From the NCBI GenBank assembly GCA_951406725.2, contig OX597831.1:41912001-41976000 (forward strand): 64,000 nucleotides of DNA, in the 5' to 3' direction. How positions within the stretch are numbered: position 1 is the stretch's first letter; each line of letters opens with the position of its first letter. The DNA comes from Octopus vulgaris. Lineage: Eukaryota. The notes beneath the pieces are model-generated. The model was not told the DNA's origin and did not search any database. It was given only the letters and a program-made list of their open reading frames with translations. Below are positions 52,834 through 64,000 of the stretch, piece after piece. A program made the position numbers and the translations under genes.

Positions 52834-53475
52834 ACGGAGTGGTTACCAAAATGTAACGGGTGTGATGCTGAAGAAGAGAAAAATGGCGTGAATATTGTTG
52901 TGTTGGACTTCAAAGAACAAGGATAGTAATCGAAGTTGTCGATAACATATTTATTTCTCTATTACATGTAATTTCTCCGTTACATATAATTGTTTCCTAG
53001 GTGTGTATAAAATAATCGAGAGTTAATTTTTCCTTGTATGAGAGTGTACAAGTTCTTATCGTTCCAACAGCAGGAAAAAGATAACGTGATGTTTGTTAGA
53101 ACGACGCTATTGAACAAGTGAGAGACAGGAGAGGGGAAGTTGTATGGCGAACTATCATAGCTGCCGACTGCACGCAGGAACGCATTCTCTCCCCCTCTGT
53201 GTTTACCTCTCCGCTTGTATTTATAAGTATGCAGACCAGCTAGAAAAAGAGGTATATCGTTGTAACAGTGACAAGTCACCTGTGGGTTAACTTATTTTAT
53301 TTAAACTCTTTATAGCCTAGTAGGATTATGGTTCAAGAGGAAAACTCACCAATCATATGTTAGCAAGGCAATAGGATGAATGAAACGACGTTGTTCCTCG
53401 ACAGAAAAATAAGGCTCTATAGTCAGGGGAAAATGTACCGATTCAGTTTCGAAACCTCGGTAGGGCCAAGTGAGG

Positions 53476-53581
<106 letters not shown>

Positions 53582-54023
53582 CACACACATTCATACATAA
53601 ATGTACGTAAGTGTGTATGTGCGACTTGTGTGTGCATATATATTCGTGTATTCATGCATGTATGTGTAAATTTATACTTTATACATATTCTTGAGTATGT
53701 ATTAACGACATATGGCTTTGTATCGAAGCGCGGGTGTGAGAAAACTTCGTCAGTGGAGCAAATTAAATACTAATGTTGACCCTGTTACAAAATAAATAAC
53801 GCTAATAATTCAACAAAAGGTTCAAGTATCTCGAAATTACTGTTCAGATGATGTATTCAAATAGACTACGGAAGTCACCGTTCTATTATATTAATTCTTC
53901 CTTAAGTAGTATGAACAGTAGAATCATCGGCTACAACAAACATTTCAAGATACGCAAATAAACCAAGTGAATATTTAGCAATCTCTGTCAACCCGTTGTC
54001 GTTATTAATGTTACTGATCTTGT

Positions 54024-54598
54024 TGGCTTAGTGGTTAGGGTATTCGGTTCACGATCGTATTCGATTCCTGGCGGCGCGTTGTGTTCTTGAGCCAGGGCCG
54101 GTTTTAAGCCAGTTTAAATAGATTTGTTCAAACTGAACCCTGCGCACACGCTCGATTTGTAATAAGACATTAAAAACTTACATGTAAGATTTCAGTTTTT
54201 AGCATATCATTGTGGCATATGGTGAAACCACAAGCCCTCAATACTTTTTGGCTTGGACCGGCGTACTACATGAAGCATAAAACAGCAATCTTCAGCTTTT
54301 GTAGAGTAAAAGGCCCCACGGACAATTCTCTAATTGAGCCCTGCACTTCCTAGACCCGGCCCTGCCTAGAGCAAGAAGCTTAATTCACGTTGCTCCACTC
54401 CACTCTGCTGGCAAAAATTAGGTGTTCGTGCAGTTCGAAAGGCCAGCCTTGTCCACAATTTGTGTCACGCTGGGTCTCCCTGAGAACTATGATAAGGGTA
54501 CGTGTGTCTGTGGGGCGCTCAGTTACTTGCACGTTAATTTCACGAGCAAGCTGATCGGATCAACTGGAACGCTCGTCATCGTAACCGATGGAGTGCCT
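54024..54598 (+). mobile_element. SINE S4 interrupted by a hAT-like MITE
   Basis: Head tggcttagtggttaggg; body resumes after 54372; reverse match to 28287-28612. Confidence 0.8.
54093..54364. mobile_element. hAT-like MITE
   Basis: TIR cagggccgg / ccggccctg; 8-bp TSD tcttgagc/cctagagc; interrupts a recognisable SINE. Confidence 0.8.
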
Positions 54599-54705
54599 GT
54601 ATTAATCTTGTCTTTTTAGCCTCAAGATCTTTGATTAGATAAATTAAACTACAATAACTTCATCTTTGAGCATCAATTTTAAGCACCTCAGGCACGTGGC
54701 ATCTC

Positions 54706-55165
54706 AATTTTCTTCTGACCATCTGCTCAAAACCACAGCAATACAGCAACATAATGTTAGGAGTACAAAAAAGAAAAAAACTCAACTATGTGGCAGATTA
54801 TCTAAATTTTCTTCTGATCACCTGCTCAAAACCACAGCAATACAGTAACATAATGTTAGGAGTACAAAAAAAAAACTCAACCATGTTGCAGATTATCTAA
54901 ATTTTCTTCTGATCACCTGCTCAAAACCACAGCAATACAGCAACATAATGTTAGGAGTACAAAAAAGAAAAAAACTCAACCATGTTGCAGATTATCTAAA
55001 TTTTCTTCTGATCACCTGCTCAAAACCTCAGCAATACAGCAACATAATGTTAGGAGTACAAAAAAAAAACTCAACCATGTTGCAGATTATCTAAATTTTC
55101 TTCTGATCACCTGCTCAAAACCACAGCAATACAGTAACATAATACTGTGAGTAAAAAAAAAAAAA
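54706..55165. repeat. Tandem repeat, about 4.7 units of 95-99 bp
   Basis: aattttcttctga.. starts at 54706, 54805, 54900, 54999, 55094. Confidence 0.95.
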
Positions 55166-55975
55166 AACAGGAAAAGAAGCTTCCATAACATTCAAAAGAG
55201 CCTTGTAGAAATCATTTCTCCAAAGTGACAGATTTACATAGAATTCAACGACACTTGTGTGAAGGCGCGTGGCCTACTGGTTAGGATGCTGCGCTCGTGA
55301 TCATAATGTCGTGGTTTCGCTTGCCGGATCGGGGCGATTGGGGTGTCTTTCGTTTAGGGGAATGTTGTGATTTCGATCACTTATACATGGTAACCATGTT
55401 GCCGTCCCTATGAGCCTTAAAATTCAAGACAACAGCACTAACGCAATACAGATCTATGATTAACAGCGTTCTAGCTTGCTGGTTTTGTCTTTATTTTATT
55501 TCACTCACAATCAACGGTGTTCCTTTTTAAAGATGTTCGAATGTGATTTGAAAGATATTCAGCAAAGTAACAGTAAGAGTTAGGGTTAGGGTTAGAGGCT
55601 CCCTAGCTAATTCTCATTCCTGTGTGTAGTACCTTAAACAAGCATTCTCCATTGTAATCACACATTTTTTTTTTCAGAAATATATTACAAGTACTGAAAT
55701 AAAAATGTTAAAACCGTAGCATTCCATTAGCTATGGCGAAAGGCTAAGTGAGAATGCAAACACATCCCTGCTATGTTTTTGATATCCGGAAGAAAAAAAG
55801 TGGAGTCTCTTGATCGACTGTTTTATTGGTCGATCCTCAGAGATGACATGACCAATACCCTTCACTAATTAAAAGCAAAGAGAAACAGCTGTTATGTATT
55901 AATTACTTTGCTGAATAGCGTCTAATTCTCTGCGCAATTTCATGACCTGCTTTCTTCCGAACAAGCATAAGTGTG

Positions 55976-55977
<2 letters not shown>

Positions 55978-56068
<91 letters not shown>
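55978..56068. repeat. (GA)n microsatellite
   Basis: Direct reading. Confidence 0.97.
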
Positions 56069-56072
<4 letters not shown>

Positions 56073-57023
56073 TAAGATATATATCTAGTCGAATTTCTCT
56101 TCCTCAGACAACCTCACTTTTTCTTCCTCAGACCTCATATATAATCAATCTGTCTATCTCAAATTATTTATTTCACTGATGAAATATAGATAATAAAATA
56201 CTTGTCCTCAACGACTTATATAGAATAATCTACTTAGTGTACACGTAACTTTCAGTTTAAGTTTGTTTATCGACTAACGTTGATAACAAACAAATGGATT
56301 AAATTACAACATTCTTCTGGCGATCTAGCGTTACAAGGTCGTAACGTAATTGTCTATGGTAACAATTACCACATGGAAGTTGTTTTTTTTCTGTAAAGCC
56401 ATTTTACAATGTTACTATACTACGTATTCACGACATGTCTTGAATTTATTGATGATCCAGCAATTTTACAGGCTATGATTTTTTCACCCATTTTGTTTCT
56501 TTAAGAAACAGTTGCTACGTTCATATTAAACTATTTCACAAGCTTGTGACGAACCAATTTCCATTTCGATGTTGATTTATTAATTTAATTTTCATATCGG
56601 TAGAAATCATCTGCAACAGACACATCTGCCCTTAACGTAATCTACGAGTGGATCAGCATGATACTATGCGGCAAGAAATGATCTTAATGAATTTCCTATT
56701 CGACGGGCTTCTGCACAGTTTCCTTTAACTCAATTTCAATTATTGGGTTGTTTCGAGGTTATGATAAACAACACTTATCCAATATGTCACGCAGTGACAT
56801 GGAGCACCGGACCTCTTCATACAGAAACAATACACGTTATGACTCATGTGAACATACATACGTACACACAAACACACAAGGGCTTGGAAACGGGGGGGGG
56901 GGTGCAAGTGCACCCCCTAAGATTTAGTGAGGACACAAGATTCTATATTGGACCCTTACTTTCCTTTCTCAGGCATAGAAAATAGTGTTTAAAAATTGCT
57001 CAGTAAAAAAAAGTTGCTGTGTG

Positions 57024-58237
57024 TACACATACATGACAGAAATAAATAGACACCCCACAAAACATCGTTTTATGATTATTCTAACTTGAAATGGTTTCTA
57101 TTTTTTATTAATTGACATTTTTATGTTTCAGGTTCTATATGTGATTGTTTAATTATGTCATGTTCAAAAGAAGCCTTGGTACTGTCTGAATTTCAAAGAG
57201 GCCGTATTGTGGGTCAATCTGAAGGCGAACTTCGTGTAAAGTCGCAGAAAACCTTGGGATCCCGCTTTCTACAGCTAATAGAGTGATTGTGCAATTCACC
57301 AGTGATGGGGAAGGAGTCCATATCACCTCGCCCAGAGCCCTCTGACAGGACCTTTCCCTTCGTTAAGAGAAGTATGGTGGATAATCCTCGTTGCAAGGAC
57401 TCTGACATAGCAGAACAAGTTGATGCCAGTCCCAGAACAACTGTCAGTTATCTCCACAAACGTAGCTACTATGGCAGAGCAACAAGAAGAAATCCACTTT
57501 TTCGACCAGCCAATATCAAGCGGAGAAACGATTGGACCAGTGAGATGGTGGAGAGGCCACCACCATTTATGAACATTGTCATATTCTCTGATGAGTCCAA
57601 ATTTGCTGTATTTTCTGACAGTGGTCGAGTGTCGGTCTGGAGACTCTGTGATCAAGAATTTGACCTAAATAGATTGCAGCCAACAATGAAACACGGTGGC
57701 TATTCCGTGATGGTCTGGGGAGCAATTTGGAGCACTGGTCGATCAGAGCTGGTGGAGTGTGAGGGAAACATAAACTTAAATAAATGTGTCCATATTGCAG
57801 AAAGGACTCACTCCTTCCAATCTTTTCTAGTGGTGAAATGATTAAAGAGGACTCTATTTATGAAAGATGGAGCTCTTTGTCACCCGGTTAAAAAGGCTTT
57901 AGATTGGTTGGAAGAGAATGGTGTTAAAAAGTTTCCATGGCCAAGACAGTAGCCAGATATAAATTCTATTTAAACATCTCTGGGGCATAATGGACAAAAC
58001 ACTTCACAAAAGAACAAGAAAGCATCCCCAAAGCCAGATCTTTTGAAATTACTGCATGAAACTTGGCAAGAAATTCCTCAAGAGAATATTCGTTATCTGA
58101 TCAGGAGCATGCCTCACGGGATCCTTGCATCGTAAAAGTACAAAGGGCGTGTCTACAAAATATTAGATATTCATATTATAATAATTAATAAATAATTTGA
58201 ATGCATAATGTCTATTTAGATCTGTCGTATCTATGTA
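57024..58237 (+). mobile_element. Decayed Tc1-family (DD34E) transposon; transposase about 57155-58166
   Basis: MSCSKEALVLSEFQRGRIVG.., [44 protein letters not shown] (34-residue spacing), terminal KGVSTKY*; degenerate inverted ends gacaga..aaatagaca / tgtctattt..tctgtc. Confidence 0.92.
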
Positions 58238-58376
58238 ATATATAACAACAACTGCAACAACCAATTGATGAACTATTAAACTCCACAATAAAGAGCCCTT
58301 CACAGTTCAGCTATTCTCCTCCTCGTTTCCTCAGAATACCACAAGTGACCCATCATCATCATTGTCATATTCTACC

Positions 58377-58608
58377 TATTTCTTTACTACCCACAAGGGG
58401 CTAAACACAGAGAGGACAAACAAGGACAGACAAACGGATTAAGTCGATTATATCGACCCCAGTGCGTAACTGGTACTTATTTAATCGACCCCGAAAGGAT
58501 GAAAGGCAAAGTCGACCTCGGCGGAATTTGAACTCAGAACGTAGCGGCAGACGAAATACCGCTAAGCATTTCGCCCGGTGTGCTAACGTTTCTGCCAGCT
58601 CACCGCCT
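58377..58608 (-). mobile_element. SINE S2 monomer with 18-bp TSD
   Basis: TSD tcattgtcatattctacc at 58359-58376 and 58609-58626. Confidence 0.95.
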
Positions 58609-58936
58609 TCATTGTCATATTCTACCGCCCTTACTACAACTAAACAATAGCAACAACAAGATCAGCATTAGAAGTCACTCTTCAATACTAGAACAACTGA
58701 TGACCTATTAAATTCCACCATGAAGAGCCGTCGTTGTGTTGCAAGACTGTGTCTGTTGCATCAAGCGAGAGAATGTTCAATACACTTCGCCGTTTGAAGA
58801 CTTGACTTCGTACCACACTGCGTTGTAATGTATGAACATGAAGACTCGTGCAATGAAAACACTTTGGATATCCTCTTTGGAAAACTTCATCGCCAAAGCG
58901 AGCGAGTATAGAAAATTTTTTGAAATGATTTGAAAC

Positions 58937-59352
58937 AGGAGTGGCTGTGTGGTAAGTAGCTTGCTAACCAACCACATGGTTCCGGGTTCAGTCTCACTGC
59001 GTGGCATCTTGGGCAAGTGTCTTCTGCTATAGCCCCGGGCCGACCAATGCCTTGTGAGTGGATTTGGTAGACGGAAACTGAAAGAAGCCTGTCGTATATA
59101 TGTATATATATATATATATATAAGTGTGTGTGTATATGTTTGTGTGTCTGTGTTTGTCCCCCTAGCATTGCTTGACAAGCGATGCTGGTGTGTTTACATC
59201 CCCGTCACTTAGCGGTTCGGCAAAAGAGACCGATAGAATAAGTACTGGGCTTACAAAGAATAAGTCCCGGGGTCGATTTGCTCGACTAAAGGTGGTGCTC
59301 CAGCATGGCCGCAGTCAAATGACTGAAACAAGTAAAAGAGAAAAAGAGAAAA
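58937..59352 (+). mobile_element. SINE S1 with long imperfect TSD
   Basis: gagtatagaaaa..tgatttgaaaca on both sides. Confidence 0.92.
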
Positions 59353-59396
59353 AGAGTATAGAAAAATTTTTGATTTGAAACATTACTTTTCCATGT

Positions 59397-59728
59397 ATGG
59401 CTCAGTGGTTAGAGCGTCGAGCTTACGATCGTGAGGTTGTGAGCTCGAATCCCGGACCGGGCTGCGTGTTGTGTTCTTGAGCAAGGCACTTTATTTCACG
59501 TTGCTCCAGTTCACTCAGCTGTAGAAATGAGTTGCGACGTCACTGGTGCCAAGCTGTACCGACCTTTGTCTTTCCCTTGGATAACACTGGTGGCGTGGAG
59601 AGGGGAGGCTGGTATGCATGGGCGACTGCTGGTTTTTACATAAACAACCGTGCCCGGACTTGTGTCTAGGAGGGTAACTTTCTAGGTGCAATCCCATGGT
59701 CATTCATGACCGAAGGGGGTCTTTACCC
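59397..59728 (+). mobile_element. S4-related SINE with alternative tail
   Basis: tggctcagtggttagagcg..gagctcgaatcccgg head, ttgtgttcttgagcaaggcactttatttcacgttgctccag body, tail unlike 28287-28470. Confidence 0.8.
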
Positions 59729-60415
59729 TTTAATAAAACTTATTATCATACCTATGTTTGTTTTCAGATTAAGATTGGAAATAAATCGGTCTTGTTTATA
59801 AAAAAAAAAAATTGGACGTGAGTTTGCACCCCACGTCCAAGTAAATTTCGTTCCCGGGCCACTGCACACAACCACATGCAAACACGCACATACACACAGA
59901 CACACATACGTACTGAGACACACGTACGTACACATCAAATACGCATAAATACACACATGCACTCGTACACACTCTACACACGTACACACACTACACACGT
60001 ACACACACACACGCGCGCGCTGTGAGACATACACATACGCAAACACACGTGCATACACACATACAATCACACGTTATCAGAGACACGCGCACATATACAC
60101 GGATACGTATGTATACACACGCATATAAACACACACACACATACATCACATCACATCACAAAGTGTCAACGAGGTCAGCCAATATATTTGCTGTCAAGCT
60201 TCTCTTGTTAGTTTTCATGACAGTAAGAAACCTCATCTGACCAACTTCCTTTTAACTTTGTGTTGTCATAGAAACCAAACACAAATCATCTTTTATTTAT
60301 TTATTTATTTATTTTTGCGTGCTTCTGTTGTCGCTGCCGCTGTTGTTGCTGTTGTAGTAATTTGTATTGGTCTTTATTAAGTGTATGACATTGTGTCTAA
60401 TGTATATAGCTGCCT

Positions 60416-60417
<2 letters not shown>

Positions 60418-60452
<35 letters not shown>

Positions 60453-61163
60453 TGCGTGCGTGTGTGTGTGTGTATTGTGTTGTATACGCACGCGTTTTTG
60501 TATGCGCATGTTTATAGGCGTATGTGTGTGTGATTATGTATGTATGTATGTATGTTTATCTTCTGTATGCGTAGGTCTTAAGGTGTGTGTGTATGTGGGG
60601 GGGGGCATATGTGTGACCTCTGTATGCGTATGTCTTTGTGTGTGTGCATGTGTGTCCACTGCGTACGTCTTTAGGTGTGTGTGTGTATATGCATATGTGT
60701 CTCCTCTGTATGCGTACGCCTTTAGGTATGTGTGTGTTTGTGTATGTCTCTGTATTCATGTGTGTGTATATGTAGGTGTATGTGTGCATGTTTTTGAGTG
60801 TGTGTGTATGTGTTTGTTTTTCTGTGTGTGTGCGTGTGTGTGTGTGTGTGTGTGCGCGTGTTGTATACGCACGCGTTTTTGTATGTGCATGTTTATAGAT
60901 GTATGTGCGTGCGATTATGTATGTATGTATGTATGTCTATCTTCTGTATGCGTATGTCTTTGTGTGTCCTCTGCGTACGTCTTTAGGTGTGTGTGTGTGT
61001 ATGTGCATATCTGTCTCCTCCGTATGCGTATGTCTTTAGGTATGTGTGTTTATGTATATCTCCGTATGCGTATGTATTTATGTGTGCATATATGTAGGTG
61101 TATGTGTGCATGTCTTTGAGTGTGTGTGTGTGTGTATGTGTGTTTTTCTGTGTATGTCTTTAG

Positions 61164-61194
<31 letters not shown>

Positions 61195-61195
61195 T
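60418..61195. repeat. Degenerate TG-rich tract with internal duplication at about 380-bp spacing
   Basis: ttgtatacgcacgcgtttttgtatg..cttctgtatgcgta near 60480 and 60861; recurring ctttaggtgtgtg. Confidence 0.85.
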
Positions 61196-61440
61196 AACGT
61201 AGGTAGGTAGGGGTGTAGGGGTGGGCGTCACTTTTAAGGTGGAGGCACTTTTGAGTCTGCTGTGCAAGCCTAGGCTCATACCCCATCCTCATTGTGTTGG
61301 GGTGGGGCTGTCAAACTCAAGAGATCTCCCGGGTGGCACACACTGTAGCTACGCCGCTAGTGTGTATATGCGCGCGCTGGTGTATATGTGTCGTCTGCCT
61401 GGATGAGTGTTCGCACGTATGTGTGTGAGCGTCTTTGCAC

Positions 61441-61471
<31 letters not shown>

Positions 61472-62416
61472 CTACTTGCATTGGTTTCTGTACGTGCATG
61501 TGTTTGTATGTGTATCTATGTATGCGCATGTATGAGTGTGCTTTTGTTTTACTTTTCATTCTTAACATCGACATCTTTTTAAAATTCTTATTGTTATTCG
61601 TTTTTTCTCTCCTTGTTTTGTTTTCTTTAACAATGACAATCAATAGTTGAAACTTGACCAGATTGTAATTCATTCCCTGTTCTTTCTCTCGTCTGATACA
61701 TTTACCCACCCGGATGACCGATAGATCATATAACAATCCATAACTCATTAGTAGAGCTTCAATTTCTTCGTCGTTGTATGTATTTGTCTCTTCCTTTCAT
61801 TGTTTATTCGTTTGTATGATTCATGTTTCATCGTCGCCATTATACAATGGCAGCCGTCGCCAGTTTATTTTTTATACTTCTCTGGCAACAGCGAAAGGCA
61901 ACAGGCCAACGTGGGAGGCCTGTACATGGTCGGTTGTCTTCCGATTTGCTAGGAGACAAGTAAGCCAAATCCGTCTCAGTTTCCTCACATACACGCGAGC
62001 GAGAGAGAGAGAGGGGTGGGGGGATCTTAAAAAAAAAAAAACGAACACCCTAGATAAAACAGTCCTGCAAGCATAGTTTTGTGGTTAAGAAGAACACTTT
62101 ATAGCCGCGTGGTTCCTGGTTCTGACTGATCAGGCCGGCACCTTGGGTAACTGTCTTCTATTATAGAGACGGACCGGCCGTTACCTTGTGAGTAAATTTG
62201 GTAGACGAAAACTGTGTGGAAGCCCGTCGTAAACAACCAATGTTGGTTGGGTGACATTTATTAAGAGATAGTTGTAAAATCTCAAGAAAAGATCAGGGTA
62301 GTAGCTATACTAACCAGTAAAGTTAAACGCCACATCAAAGTGGCTGTTCCAAGTTACTACTAGTTTAACCTCGGGCAGATCTTCCGCCAGCTGGTTATCG
62401 GTGCAGCCTGCACCAT

Positions 62417-63002
<586 letters not shown>

Positions 63003-63122
63003 AAGATAACAAAAGTAATAAATGAAGATAATAAAATTAAAATTAGGGAATGGGCCTGTATTGGATTGTATATATATATATGTATATGTATATTTGTATG
63101 TATGTATGTGTGTATGTGTAGG

Positions 63123-63165
<43 letters not shown>

Positions 63166-63633
63166 ATATATATGTGTATGTATGTATGTGTGTGTAGATA
63201 CGTATACATGTGTGTATAGGTATAAGTGAGAATCTCCTTATTTACCTATAACTCTATCCCCCTTTTTTATATATATATATTTTTTTATATATATATATTT
63301 TATATATATATTTCTTTATATATATTTTTTATATTTTTTATTTTTTTATTTTTTTATTTTATTTTATTTTTTTTTTTATTTTTTTATTTTTTTTTATTTT
63401 TTATTTTTTTATTTTTTTTATTTATCTATTCTTTCATCTAACTTACCACTGACTCCTTGACCACTCCCCCAAGTATGATATTTTGCGCTATGCCTACCCC
63501 CAAAAAGTCCCCCACCACCACTCCTTTAAACCTGCCTAAATGTATAAATGCTAATACAATTCTTGTTAAATAGCTTCCTGAAGATTTCTCTTGAATGAAA
63601 CAGTACTAGTCCTGTAGAAGCTCCTTCTATATA

Positions 63634-63746
<113 letters not shown>

Positions 63747-63796
63747 ATAGTAGGGGAACGAATCCCAACCGCTCCTAACAGACAACAGGATCGCGA

Positions 63797-63836
63797 GACT
63801 GACTCAATTTCGAAGTAGATGACTCATCTTCAGTCG
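63797..63836 (-). ncRNA. Hammerhead-like motif next to (TA)n
   Basis: Minus strand GA-CUGAAGA-UGAG ucaucua CUUC-GAAA-UUGA-GUC-AGUC. Confidence 0.45.
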
Positions 63837-64000
63837 CCAGACAGATAGCCAGAGTTCGCCCCAGCCAGCAATATACTGCAAGCAAAGCGACCATCGATCA
63901 CTGATTTGCAATAAGCAAAATAGCTAGTTGTAAAACTTCAAGAATAGATCAGAGTAGTAACTATATTAACCAGTAAAGTATAGTTACTGGCTAATATAGT

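Noticed and set aside
54706-55165. Regular repeat array as possible CRISPR
   Set aside because: Whole units repeat with no unique spacers; eukaryotic context and no cas genes.
55576-55596. Isolated gttagggttagggttag
   Set aside because: No TIRs or TSD found around it; too short to call a MITE or chromosome-end relic.
59397-59462. tRNA-like sequence, also at 28540-28610 and 21340-21411
   Set aside because: A and B boxes run straight into SINE bodies, with TSDs in two of the three cases; these are SINE heads, not tRNA genes.
60418-61119. 233-aa Cys/Val-rich ORF
   Set aside because: Degenerate (TG)n low-complexity DNA.

Overview
Repeat-dominated, AT-rich eukaryotic DNA with no recognisable intact host protein-coding gene, rRNA, tRNA gene or CRISPR array. 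It looks intronic or intergenic. The SINE families and very dense (TA)n/(CA)n/(TATG)n/(TAA)n microsatellites resemble a coleoid cephalopod (Octopus-like) genome; this is an inference from memory, not a search. Almost all ORFs in the track are microsatellite or SINE artefacts. Real coding remnants are all decayed transposons: CR1/L2-like and RTE-like LINE 3' parts, an R4/Dong-like zinc-knuckle fragment, a Helitron Pif1 helicase, two mariner remnants, a near full-length DD37D (maT) element and a DD34E Tc1 element. Four tRNA-derived SINE families (my labels S1-S4) occur many times. The most interesting structures are: (1) seven MITE copies from five unrelated families, sharing GG...CC-type ends, 8-9 bp TSDs and an internal telomeric (TTAGGG)n tract; (2) about nine Penelope-type minimal hammerhead ribozyme motifs, one sitting in the loop of a long fold-back, plus two further large palindromes; (3) SINE multimers with one fixed, self-complementary junction at three loci; (4) a head-to-tail Helitron dimer. 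All coordinates were read by eye and may be off by a few bases.
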